A DNA stretch of 44,672 nt. Origin: Phoronis australis (taxonomy: Eukaryota; Animalia; Phoronida). The first letter of the stretch is position 1; the number at the start of each line of letters is the position of its first letter. Both the position numbers and the translations under genes were made by a program. The notes under the pieces are model-generated. The model was given only the letters and a program-made list of their open reading frames with translations, was not told where the DNA came from and searched no databases. Location: positions 195,230-239,901 of the forward strand of contig NMRA01000324.1 in assembly GCA_002633005.1 (NCBI GenBank), read 5' to 3'. This document shows positions 1-10,132 of the stretch, in pieces.

Positions 1-757
1 AAGTAAAACAACACACGAATACTTTAACAATAGAATACGTCTATTAATTTGCAGCGTTGTGATTTACAAATTAAAGATTACAATAAGTTGTGAGACTGAC
101 GACTAACTGATTGAGACAAGATATCCCTACTAGAAAACTACTAATCAAAAGTGCCACTGGTTCCCCTACCTACCGCACACGTTAACGCAAAACAAGTCAC
201 AAAAGAACTAACCCTCCAGAACAATCACTAGCCGGTTCAAATTGACTAACAGGCTGAGACCAACGCCCGTGATGAATGTCTATACCTCAGATGTTCTTTT
301 CCCCTTGACTCTTTGGTCACTGAAGTTGTTCGTCCGGCTTCGTCTTAGAAGTTTGAAGTTGCCTTGCAGCTCTGGAGTCGTGCCCCGTAGTCTGGAGTTT
401 TGATCTAAGGTGGATCCAGTCTGCCCTGGTCTCGAGAGTCAGTGCTTTAAATACTAAACTAAGTGGCATCACACGATGGACCCACTCTGCATGTACATAT
501 ATGTCCATCTCTCTATGACGAGCTGAATATAACGAACTAACTGACCACGCGATGGACTCACTCTCCATGTACATATATGTCCATCTCGCTATAACTCAAA
601 ATTCTAGCATAGCTGCCACTATTCCTGTATTATTGCATAACTGCCCCTATTCCTGGGTTTTCAACATCAGAGTACTATTCCTGGATTTAACTATCTCAGA
701 GATAGCAGATCCCCTGAAATTTATTGCACATGGAGGGCATAGCCTTATTATATTACA
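1..757 (-). mobile_element. LTR of a related gypsy family in antisense orientation, inserted into gag (runs off the left edge)
   Basis: The reverse complement begins TGTAATATAATAAGGCTATGCCCTCCATGTGCA at 757, versus TGTGATATAATGAGGCACTGCCTTCCACGTGCA at 9104. Bases ~1-290 align in reverse to ~9620-9907 (e.g. ATACGTCTATTAATTTGCAGCGTTGTGATTTAC is identical). The central part is diverged. Confidence 0.9.
473..595. repeat. Direct repeat pair (~47-bp unit, 76-bp period) within the antisense LTR
   Basis: GATGGACCCACTCTGCATGTACATATATGTCCATCTCTCTATGAC versus GATGGACTCACTCTCCATGTACATATATGTCCATCTCGCTATAAC. Confidence 0.85.
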
Positions 758-1011
758 CTCCTCAAAGATGCAGGATTTGCAACAGAACAAATCATAGGGC
801 GAGGGACTGTCGGGCGCCCAGAACTGTTAACGCCCTAGACAAAGAACCAATCAGATGTTTCTTTTGTAAAAAACCTGGCCACATGAAACGTGGCTGTTTC
901 AGTTTTAAAAGATTTTTGGCCGCCCAAGCGAATCAGAAGCCAGTTAATTACTCTGACAACCCAAGCCCTGCTGATACCACACCACATGACGTTAACCCAC
1001 AGGGAAACTAA
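758..1011 (+). pseudogene. gag: gag 3' end (nucleocapsid, two CCHC zinc knuckles)
   Basis: CRICNRTNHRARDC and CFFCKKPGHMKRGC (CX2CX4HX4C), with stop TAA at 1009-1011. Upstream part is replaced by the inserted LTR. Confidence 0.9.
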
Positions 1012-1043
1012 TGTGCACTGACTCGAGAGCTTCCGCGGGTCAG
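1002..1043 (+). promoter_or_regulatory. Programmed -1 ribosomal frameshift signal (gag-pol)
   Basis: Heptamer G GGA AAC (1002-1008) in the gag frame directly before the stop; pol is in the -1 frame. Stem CTGACTCG(1018-1025)/CGGGTCAG(1036-1043) follows after a 9-nt spacer. Confidence 0.85.
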
Positions 1044-1960
1044 GATGACGTTGTAACTTTATGTTTTTTGGGAAACGAGGATAGTATTCAAGTACAGGTG
1101 GGACAGACGCGAGTCAGAGCGTTAATTGACTCGAGTGCTGCAATATCCGTTATTTCGGAAGTTACATTTGATGAGCTTAAAGGAAAAGACTTGGTAGAAA
1201 TAGTTAATCGAATACCTGTAGTTCAGACAGCGAATAATCAACCTTTGAATGTCCTCGCTTGTGCCCTGTTAAGCTTAAAAATCGGAAACAATATTCTCAA
1301 ACATGAATTTGTGGTGATTCGAGATGTAAATCGAAGAATGATAATTGGAAAAGACTTTCTTCATAAAAATAATTGTCGTGTCTATTTTGATCTTAGAATG
1401 TTAAGGATAAGAGAATTTTACACACCCCTAATTCAAGATTCACTGGTTAAATCTTATGTTAGAGTAATTAAAGAAATTATAGTTAGACCTTATTCCAAGG
1501 TTGTATGTCGCGCTAGAAGTTGCGCCGCCAGGGTTAGCAAAAGGCCACAAATATTCCAGGTGTCACCTTTAACAACCGGATTCCTAAATGCAGAACCTGA
1601 CTTATCAGTTTCAAACGCAGTAATAAAGCCGGGCAAGGCCGGAAAATTTCCGGTGGAAATAATCAATAATTCTGGCCGATATATCGAGATTAAACGAGGA
1701 GTTGCAGTAGGACAGGTTGAAGAACTAAGTAATGCAAATATTGTGAATGTGTTAGATAAATCAACAACAGCCCAGTCGGCTAGTAAACAAACGTTGGATT
1801 TATCCGAGATTGATACACCTGATGAGTATGTTAGCTTAGTGAAAGCATTATTAAAGCAGAATAGCGATGTTTTCGCAGCAACCGATCTCGATTTGGGGAA
1901 AACGAGCACAGTACAAATGCGCATAGACGTGCAAGACGGCACAGTTGTCAAGCAGAGGCC
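1011..1960 (+). pseudogene. pol: pol 5' part: aspartic protease, linker and start of RT
   Basis: ALIDSSAAISVI (catalytic D-S-G altered to D-S-S), IIGKDFL flap motif, then DLGKT...VKQRP pre-RT motif; broken by the insertion at ~1967. Confidence 0.9.
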
Positions 1961-1966
1961 GATAGC

Positions 1967-3221
1967 AAAACAACTGAAAGCGCTCTGAGGAGCGAAACTT
2001 GGCGAAATTAACCAAAAAAAAAACACGTTCGAGAGGACGAGAAAAGACGACGACAGAGATGATGACGAAGATGACAGCTATGACGACGATGGTGGCGATA
2101 ATGGACAACCCTAGTTATGATATCATTCATATAACGAACGTAGAGGTCAGAAATCACTAAGAAATAGGCTACAGTCTTGAGCTACACTTGGCGAAATTAA
2201 CTGAAGAAAAGACGACGTCGGAGATGATGACGAAGATGACGAATATGATGATGGTGGTGGCCATGATGAAGAACATCATAACATTCATATGACGAATTTA
2301 GATGTCATAAATCATTAAGAAATAGGCTGCAGTCTAGTTCAATAGAAGCTAAACCAACCTGAATGCAGCAAGAACGCTCAACAAAGGAGCAGCGTTATCA
2401 CAAAATCACAAATAACTCAAAAAGTAGACGTCGTAGAGAAAAATAGAAAGCATCTTCTGAAAGCCCGTTCAAAGCTCTATCTAAACTGAATGTACCGCTT
2501 AATTCTGTAAATTTTTCGAAAAAAATGAAATTTTGCGTTTTTTTTAAGAATTTCAAACTCAAATAACTCGAAAACGGTAAGTCTGAGAAAAAAATTGTTA
2601 CAGGCCATTTGAAAGATAATACTTCAAAGAGTCTACATGCAAAAAATCACGTCTTTTTCTCTTCCCGTTTAAAATCGCACTCCAGACGATTGAAAATGGG
2701 TCAACATGCGCCATATCCGCCATCTTGAATGCAACTTCCGGTTTTTTGGCTTTGAATAATAGCATGTTACAAGAAACTAACACCTGTAAAAATTCGAAGG
2801 AATTTGTCTGATAATGCGCCCTCTAGAGGAGAAAACGTTTTTAAGCCAAAATCGAGGTGCGCATGCGCGATCGCCGATATTTCCGCCATCTTTAGCCGGA
2901 AGTAAACAATTTCCGGTATACTTGTAGCAAGCTTCCGGTCCATTTACTGTGCCTTTTACGTAAAAAATTGTAGCCTCCAGAAGCATTTGAACCTTTAAAT
3001 GGAAACAAAATGGCCGCCACAGCCGCCATCTTGGATCCGATTTTGACGAAAAACAATAGGCTTCCAGTTCTTCCGGAAGTACGTGTTATGTGTAAATTTC
3101 GTGATGATCGGACGAAAATTGCGACCTGTATCGTGCGAACAAACAAAAAAAAAAACAAAAAAAAAAACAAACATAGTGTCAGAGCAATATACTTGGCAAA
3201 ATTTATTTCGCCAAGTAAAAA
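1967..3221 (-). mobile_element. Helentron-associated non-autonomous element (HINE/DINE-1-like)
   Basis: On the minus strand: T-run, 12-bp subTIR ACTTGGCGAAAT (3216-3205) with an adjacent partial inverted copy (3191-3202), a TTTG-type microsatellite (~3138-3172), a 3' subTIR (1997-2008), hairpin CGCTC-CTCA-GAGCG (1981-1994), and a terminal T-run. No coding capacity; pol resumes exactly after it. Confidence 0.8.
1997..2335. repeat. Diverged tandem duplication (two ~150-190 bp units) inside the HINE, each starting with the subTIR
   Basis: ACTTGGCGAAATTAAC...GAAAAGACGACG..GAGATGATGACGAAGATGAC...AAATCA(C/T)TAAGAAATAGGCT(A/G)CAGTCT occurs at ~1997 and ~2186. Confidence 0.85.
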
Positions 3222-6039
3222 ATAGCTAAAGAAGCCGTGGATAAAATGCTTACTGCGAAAGTCATAGAACCCTCTAGATCCAACTTTTGCTCACCTATAG
3301 TATTAGTAACCAAAAAGGATGGTAGCGCGAGTATTCTGTGTAGACTATAGGAAACTAAACAGTGTAACTAAAGGTTATTCGTTCTTTTTACCGAAAATTG
3401 ATGACATATTGAAAGATCTTAGGGGTTCAAGTATTTATAGTTCATTGGACTTACGTAGTGGTTTCTGGCAGATTCAAATGCACCCTGATGACAAAGAAAA
3501 GACCGCTTTCTCTCCGGGACTTTCAACTGGTCACAATCTCTACCAATTTCAAGTTATGCCATTCGGACTTTGCAATAGTCCCAGTTTCTTCCAAGAACTC
3601 ATGTCAATCGTTTTAGAAGGACTCCCTTTTGCTCGGGCCTATATCGATGATTGCATTATCTACAGTTCAAGTGTCACTGAACACGTCGAACATCTGAAAA
3701 TCGTTTTCCAACGCGTCAGAGAACATAATTTGAAGTTGAAATTGTCCAAATGCCAATTTCGTAAGCCTCAAACGAACTATCTGGGCTTCATAGTAGATAA
3801 AGAAGGGATCCGCCCTGACCCAGCCAAAATTGCGGCTATTAGATCAATGAAACGACCAGCCACAGTAAAAGAAGTAAGGGCACTACAAGGAATCCTGTCA
3901 TACTATCGAAGGTTTATTCCTAACTCGGCGGGCATTATGACTCCATTGACTGAACTGACCAAGAAGTATGCCAGATTTAAATGGACACCTGAATGCGAAA
4001 ACGCTTTCAAATTTATCAAAGAACACCTTTCCGCCGTTCCTATGCTAAATTATCCTGATCCCAAATTGAGTTATATCATATACACCGATGCGAGTGATTT
4101 TGCAATTGGGGCCTGTTTGGTAGAAAAGTGTCAAGATGAAGATGTTGAAAAACCTATCTACTTTATGTCGCAAAAATTGACTGACACACAAAAGCGTTGG
4201 GCAACCATTGAAAAAGAATGTTTCGCAGTATTGATGGCCCTTAAGAAATTCGAACACTACATTTACAATTCCAAAATCACGCTTTTCACGGATCATATGC
4301 CCCTCATTTATTTGCTTAAAAGCGACATACAGAATAAGAAAGTGGCGCAATGGTCGGTACTTATCTCGGCTTATGATGTTGAAATTAAACATATTCCGGG
4401 CAAGGATAACACGATAGCTGACTTGCTGAGCTGAGCGCCCTCCAACGACGATAATGCGATTGACGAGGAAACTCTCGATATAGACGATAGGACTTTTGAG
4501 GTTCAGGCTCCGATAGCACAAGTTAATGAAGTAGATAACAGCAGAATTGATCCTAAATCTCATGAAATGGAGAGTCCTCCAATATTTAATTTTACCTCTG
4601 AATTGCAAATGCCTAAGTTAGAAATGAATATGCAAGAGGAACAAAAGAAAGATCAAGAGTGTAGGGCTATAATCGATGAAATGTCGTCTCCTAAGCCTAG
4701 CAAAAGAATTGGAAATAAGTATTTACTCAAAGAAAATGTCCTATATTGTGTTTCCGACGATCACGGCGACGTAAAGGTTCGTCTATACGTCCCTGAACAG
4801 TTACAGTCGCTAGTCATCAAACAATATCAAGATCAACTAGGACATGCAGGGATAGATCGAACATATCAGTCGTCTAGGAACAGTTATTTCTGGCCTAGAA
4901 TGTTTAAAGACATTGAGAAGTACGTTTCAGAATGCGTTACATGCCAGGAACGAAATCTAAAAGCAGTTAAATCTCCGCTAGGGGCGTCTAATGTTGTGAA
5001 CGGCCCCTGGCAACAAGTAGCAATAGATTGTGTCGGTGTTATGAAGCCGTCACCCAGTGGTAACTGATATATTTTGACTCTCACTGACTGGTTTTCAAAT
5101 TATACGTTGTTGTATCCGATGCCAGATAAAAGTGCCGCCACAATCGCACGAATCCTGACCACTGATACCTTTTGCAGATTCGGTATAATGAACATTTTGG
5201 TCTCAGACAACGGCTCTGAATTTGTAAACAAAACAGTGAAAGATGTTTTGGAATCATTTAACATTCGGCATGTTACCACAAGTTTTTACAATCCAAAAGC
5301 AAATGGCCCAGTCGAACGATCACACAAAGTACTTGGTGACGTTTTGAGTAAATTATGCCGTAGAAACCCGGAACACTGGGACGTCTATCTCAGTCAAGCA
5401 GAGTCATGCTTAAATTTTCATACCAATTATACTGGGTATAGCAGTTATTTTCTTATGTTCGGTAGAGACCATAAACTTCCTGTACATAACATAATGCGGC
5501 CACGTGCTAAGTACGTGGGCGAGGAAGAACATAAGGTTATCCTACAAAACCAACATAGAGTTTTTAGGACAGTTTATCGGGTGATAAAACACCATCAGAA
5601 CAAAAGACTAGCTACCGCGAATAAGGGTAGAGTTTTGGTTGAATTGGAAGTTGGCGATCCCGTGTACCTTAAAAATAATTCTAAAACCAGCAAACTGGAC
5701 CCCACGTGGACAGGCTACTGGCGTGTCCTAGAACGACTGTATGAAAAAACATATGTCATCAGGAATCAGTTAGATGGGACAGTCACCAAGTCGCACATTG
5801 GCAACTTGAGGTGGGCACAAATCGACGACTGGAAGGTGAATGACGACGATTATCCACAAATGAGGAGAGCGCGCTACGCCGTCCCTCCCAGTTCTAGTGA
5901 AGAAAGCGATGTGTCTGACAACGAACCACAGCAAGGTCTACAGGATCATTTCCGCCAAATGAAGGGGGATTCATCTTCCGATGACTCTTACGTACCCTTA
6001 GCGGAACTTCAAAGAAGGCTCCAACAGAGGGGCAAGTGA
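3222..6039 (+). pseudogene. pol: pol 3' part: reverse transcriptase, RNase H, integrase
   Basis: IAKEAVDKML..VIEPSRS..SPIVLVTKKDGS, then a +1 frameshift at ~3332, then FCVDYRKLN, LDLRSGFWQI, MPFGL, YIDD; RNase H TDAS/EKE/TDH; in-frame TGA at 4432 and 5065; integrase GH..CVTC, SDNGSEF, NGPVER and a GPY/F-like WTGYWRV. Confidence 0.95.
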
Positions 6040-6358
6040 AGACGTTGGTTCAGGCGAAGCCAGCGCCTCAGATGGAGGATCCAGGGACCCCATCATCTGG
6101 AAGCGAAGGACCCGTGTCCAAAGCCGAGTCGGATCCGATGACGGACCCCTCCGCACCAAACGACGAACAGCCTATGCCGTCGGATGAGATAGATATTGAC
6201 GTTGCCATGGGACCACGACCAGACGATGACGCCATGGATATGAACGTCCTTGCGACAAAAGTAGAAGCCGAAAGTGTAGAAAAACGAACCAAAATTCCTC
6301 TGCAGCATATTTAGATTTGTGTCGCATGATGTTAGAAACATTTAAGAATGGTCGATAA
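6036..6358 (+). pseudogene. Probable frameshifted acidic, low-complexity C-terminal tail of Pol
   Basis: The D/E/S/P-rich ORF 6036-6314 overlaps the pol stop, lacks its own ATG start and continues the composition of the integrase tail. A further shifted segment reads LDLCRMMLETFKNGR* to 6358. Confidence 0.5.
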
Positions 6359-6534
6359 GTAATTAAGGATTCAAATTTCAGCAGAACCATCTACCTTAAT
6401 AGCATACGTATATTTGAATATTAAGGACGGGACTGTTTCCCGAAAACTATATCTGACCTAAGGGTATCCGAGTCAGTTCTCGGCATGGCAAGTACTTTAA
6501 GTAGTATGAGGAGTGAGTTAAGTAACCTAAGTGA

Positions 6535-6549
6535 TTATTGTTGTTTCAG
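6535..6549 (+). promoter_or_regulatory. Candidate splice acceptor for subgenomic env mRNA
   Basis: TTATTGTTGTTTCAG| lies 7 nt upstream of ATG 6557, which opens a signal peptide; errantivirus env is expressed from a spliced RNA. Confidence 0.6.
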
Positions 6550-6556
6550 AGAGACA

Positions 6557-8586
6557 ATGCAACGATTAACGGGTTTGCTGTTGCTGGCTGGTATCGTGCA
6601 ATGCGTCACTGTCAAAAATGGGGTAGTTTTTGAGAAAATTAATTTATTTTATAGTTCGTGGGGACACTGGTGGGTGACGAGTTTTACTGACCTCACCGAA
6701 TTCTCTGAGTTCATGTCCCAGTTTTCACGGGACATAGAACATGCTTACTATACGCATACTCAAGTAAAGAAAAAGTACGCTGACCCCAAAGATGTCTTGG
6801 GATATTTTTCCAGATTGAGAAAACAAATTGATGATATCAGATTCACGAAAGAGGCCGTAGACGAGTTGTTGACTGGCTATAACACTTTTGCCCAATTTCG
6901 AGGTAACCGAAGCAAACGGAGCCTTCTGCCTTTCATGGGGAAAGTCAGTCATTGGCTATTTGGCACAGCCACTGATGATGATATTAAAGCTATTAGGGAA
7001 ACAATCGATATGATAGTGAGGAACCAAAACAGGATTGTCACTAACGCATTGAAAAGGGTAACCGTAATGAAAGCCACTAGAACCGAAGTAAATAGAAATC
7101 GAGAGACCTTGAATCAGATGACTTGATTCTTTCGACTTATGAAATAGAACAACGTCTTAATAACGTGACTGATCTGCTACATGATGAAATACAGGATTTG
7201 TCTGTCTTCACCAAGAGTTACATACACTTAGAACTCATTTTAAACCATTTGGAATTGGCAACGCAAAAAGCCTTAGGCTATTTAGCTCACATTGAAAGTC
7301 AAATAGGAATAGTGTCTCTGGGACAACTTACTCCAGCGGGGGTTCAGCCGGAAGCATTACGCAATATATTAAAGGACATACGAATAAATCTTCCACGCCA
7401 TTTAAAATTACCTTTTGATCCTGATACGGAGTTGTTCCAACATTATAAGTCTCTCCCGTGCCATACTTCGTGGGAAAATGGACGAATCTTAGTCACGTTT
7501 CGGATATCATTAATTGACACTTACGCACGTATGGAATTATTTCAAACTCATAATCTACCGGCTCCCTTCAATAATTCTAACCGCTCTCACATTTTGGCAA
7601 AGTATTCCTTGGAGGCCACGGCGTTAGCCATAAGCCCAGAACGAACGTCCTATGCCTTACTAGATTATGCCAACATGAAGGCGTGCTCGTCGCTTAGTTT
7701 TTGTGCGACCCGACAACCGTTACGGCCTGTCAATTTGAGCAAGGATTGTGTGGTGGCTCTGTTCATGAAATTTGACGATGCTATCAAAAGGCTCTGTCGT
7801 GTTTTTATTAAAACAAATACAGCCTTACCACAGGCCATATATCTGAGATCTGGCGGGTACGCTGTAGTTAGTAACGAGATTACAAGATTTGCCCTCCTGT
7901 GCAACCACAGTCGCACTAACACTAAATCAGTTACGGTGGACATTGGGGTAAATATGATACACGTCGATTACGGATGCCAGGCCACACACCCAACTATGAC
8001 CCTCCTGGGAACTTTTCACAGGGAATCTAGATACGAGCATCCTGATAGCTTCGCTCGAGTTTTGAGAATTCGGAAAGGATCCTTCACGATGTGGTCTCCT
8101 TATATTGCAGCCTTTCCTAAACATATGGAAGTAAAAATACCGCCACGTCTCGCTCACTTACCCGAAATTTCCCTGGACGGTTTAGTCACTGATTTACGAA
8201 ACTTGGAAATTCCAAAACCTTGGACCCCCGATAATGAATGTTGGTTATATGTCGCTCTAGGAATAGCAGCATCGCTATTAATTTTGTGGTTAATTGTTTT
8301 CTTGAAACGTAGACAAATTGCACGTGCCATACTCGAACAGTATCAGCCTGTGTTAACCGATGGTAGCCGCCCAGTTGCCAGTGCACCGCCAGCGTTCGTA
8401 CTCATGAGCACACCGAACGATGCCCGACAGAAGTCACCGGCTGGGGAGAAACCCAGTGCTGACTACCACCCAACCGTATCGACCCAGTGGAATTGCAAAC
8501 CAATCGAGATGAAGCAATTCGTCCGACGTATGTATCCTACCTTGGATCCGGAAACTGGAGAGGGCCAGAAGGAAACCTCCATGTGA
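6557..8586 (+). pseudogene. env: env: class I fusion glycoprotein (errantivirus Env/baculovirus F-like), one frameshift at ~7123
   Basis: Signal peptide MQRLTGLLLLAGIVQC; furin site RSKR (6908-6919) followed by the fusion peptide SLLPFMGKVSHWLFGTATDDD; heptad region; Cys-rich ectodomain with N-glycosylation sequons; TM WLYVALGIAASLLILWLIVFL-KRR; cytoplasmic tail. Confidence 0.9.
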
Positions 8587-8753
8587 CTTCGAGCTGTCAG
8601 TATACATCGTAGTAGTACTACTGAACCTTACAGTAGAGTACGCTAGATAGTCGCCAGGAAGGTGGTGGTGATTAACATTCCATATAGTCACAAGATATAC
8701 GTAACATATATATATATAAAATATGGAACTATAACCGAGGAACACGATCAACA

Positions 8754-9026
8754 ATGGCAGCCCAGCAACAGGAAGTTGTATACAAAACTTTGCCGGCGGT
8801 ACGACTGGATGTGTCGGTGGACGGCGAGTGGATTATGTTCCGCGTGGACCTAACTGCTGATATGACTGTTCTATCATTAAGCGACTTCGCTGGGGTCCAG
8901 TATTCACGGAGCCGTGCGTACCAGGGGTCCAGGGCGACAGTCAGACGATATCTGGAGGCTGACGACTTCCTTGTTTTATCATTCACTTTTTTATCTATTG
9001 CAGTTGTATGGCGATCACCTGGGTGA
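8754..9026 (+). CDS. Unknown 90-aa ORF between env and the PPT (putative accessory ORF4)
   Basis: Strong Kozak context ACAATGG, uninterrupted frame, protein-like composition; lies inside the element. No family recognised. Confidence 0.5.
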   Translation: MAAQQQEVVYKTLPAVRLDVSVDGEWIMFRVDLTADMTVLSLSDFAGVQYSRSRAYQGSRATVRRYLEADDFLVLSFTFLSIAVVWRSPG

Positions 9027-9091
9027 AACTTTACATTGTCGGAAAATCTACGACTTCCCAAAAATTTATTGTGTAAATGTTTTGGCTTAAC

Positions 9092-9103
9092 AAAAGGGGG
9101 GAG
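9092..9103 (+). promoter_or_regulatory. Polypurine tract
   Basis: AAAAGGGGGGAG immediately before the TG of the LTR. Confidence 0.9.
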
Positions 9104-9959
9104 TGTGATATAATGAGGCACTGCCTTCCACGTGCATGCGAACATGTCTTAAAATGTTCCCAGGGGATGTGCAAACTTCTGTTTTGTGTTCTCCACGTGC
9201 ATGCAAACATGTCTTAGTCTATTCCCAGGGGATGTGTATACTTCTGTGGTAGTTGAGATTCCTAAAGGATGTACATACCTCTGGAGTGGCAATTATATGG
9301 AGATTCCTCAGAGGATAGGCACATCCCTGGTGTAGCAAATATGAGAAGAGTGGCAGTTATGCAAGAATTTTCTATAGGATAGTCAATTAGCTGGTTATAA
9401 GAGAGATGTACTAAAAGAGGTGGGACCATCACGTGATGGCTCCAAAGGTATTATTTAAGACACTAACAGAAGCAGACCAACCAGACCGCACCAAACAGGC
9501 CAACTTGAGTCTTCGAAAACTGCGAAGTCACGATCTCCAGACAGTGAACGGCAGAGACGAGAACCAGGACCGGACGGAAAACCCACGAATCAAGTCTTAA
9601 GTATATACACGTAAGTGAGGAAAAGACATTTAACACAGGTGTTGGTCTCAGCATGTTAGTCAATTCGAACCAGTCTAGCGATTGTTCTAGAGGGTTAGTT
9701 CTGTTGCGACTTGTAGTGTGTTTGCATGTGCGGTTGCTACTGGTAACTAGTGACATTGTTGTTTAGTACTTTCTCTAGCAGTGATATCTCGTCTCATTCA
9801 GTTAATCGTCAGTCTCGCAACTTATTTTACAATATTTTTTGTAAATCACAACGCTGCAAATTAATAGACGTATTTTATTGGTTGAGGTATTCGTGTGTAG
9901 TTTTAATTACTACCACGTGCGCGCCATCTGTCGGCAGCAACACGAATCATTACACCACA
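9104..9959 (+). repeat. 3' LTR (856 bp)
   Basis: TG...CA ends; terminal inverted repeat TGTGATATAATGA / TCATTACACCACA (11/13); ~55-bp tandem repeat in U3 (~9128-9182 and ~9192-9246); TATA-like TATTTAA at ~9452. Confidence 0.9.
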
Positions 9960-10130
9960 GCATCTTCAACTTCTGATCATCCTCAATACACTATAATACC
10001 ACAAGGCATGACGCTCGGAACTAGGAATTCCATGAGTGCTTCAATCCACACAAAAATCTTCCCAAAATCCGTTGTCAGACCTTTTACGCTTATAGTGTAT
10101 CTGGGACGATCAGACTGAGGACGCCTGTGG
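9960..10130. mobile_element. Short internally deleted copy of the long-TIR element family; probable insertion target of the LTR element
   Basis: TCTGATCATCCTCAATACACTATA near the left end is inverted as TATAGTGTATCTGGGACGATCAGA near the right end. 9972-10041 also resembles 10552-10630. Confidence 0.6.
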
Positions 10131-10132
10131 TA

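Larger units (their letters stand above)
758..9959 (+). mobile_element. Env-bearing Ty3/gypsy LTR retrotransposon (endogenous retrovirus-like), decayed; 5' part displaced outside the window
   Basis: Order gag(NC)-PR-RT-RH-IN-env-PPT-LTR; integrase after RT/RH is the gypsy arrangement. Confidence 0.95.

Noticed and set aside
724-757. N-terminus of the 95-aa ORF as a real gag start
   Set aside because: It is reverse-strand LTR sequence fortuitously in frame.
473-2335. CRISPR-like repeat-spacer arrays
   Set aside because: Only two-copy degenerate repeats inside eukaryotic transposons; no cas genes.
1962-3226. ATAGC as a 5-bp TSD of the pol insertion
   Set aside because: Also explained by native pol sequence GAT AGC AAA ATA GCT split within its A-run, and Helentron-type elements make no TSD. 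Unresolved without an empty-site copy.
1490-4608. Antisense ORFs of 178 and 187 aa (1490-2026, 4045-4608)
   Set aside because: Shadow frames of pol with no recognisable motifs.
6485-6556. env start at ATG 6485
   Set aside because: The signal peptide begins at ATG 6557, just after a splice acceptor.
1-9959. Single element with inverted LTRs (DIRS-like)
   Set aside because: It has a DDE integrase, no tyrosine recombinase, and the two LTRs are too diverged. The left one cuts into gag, so it is a nested insertion.
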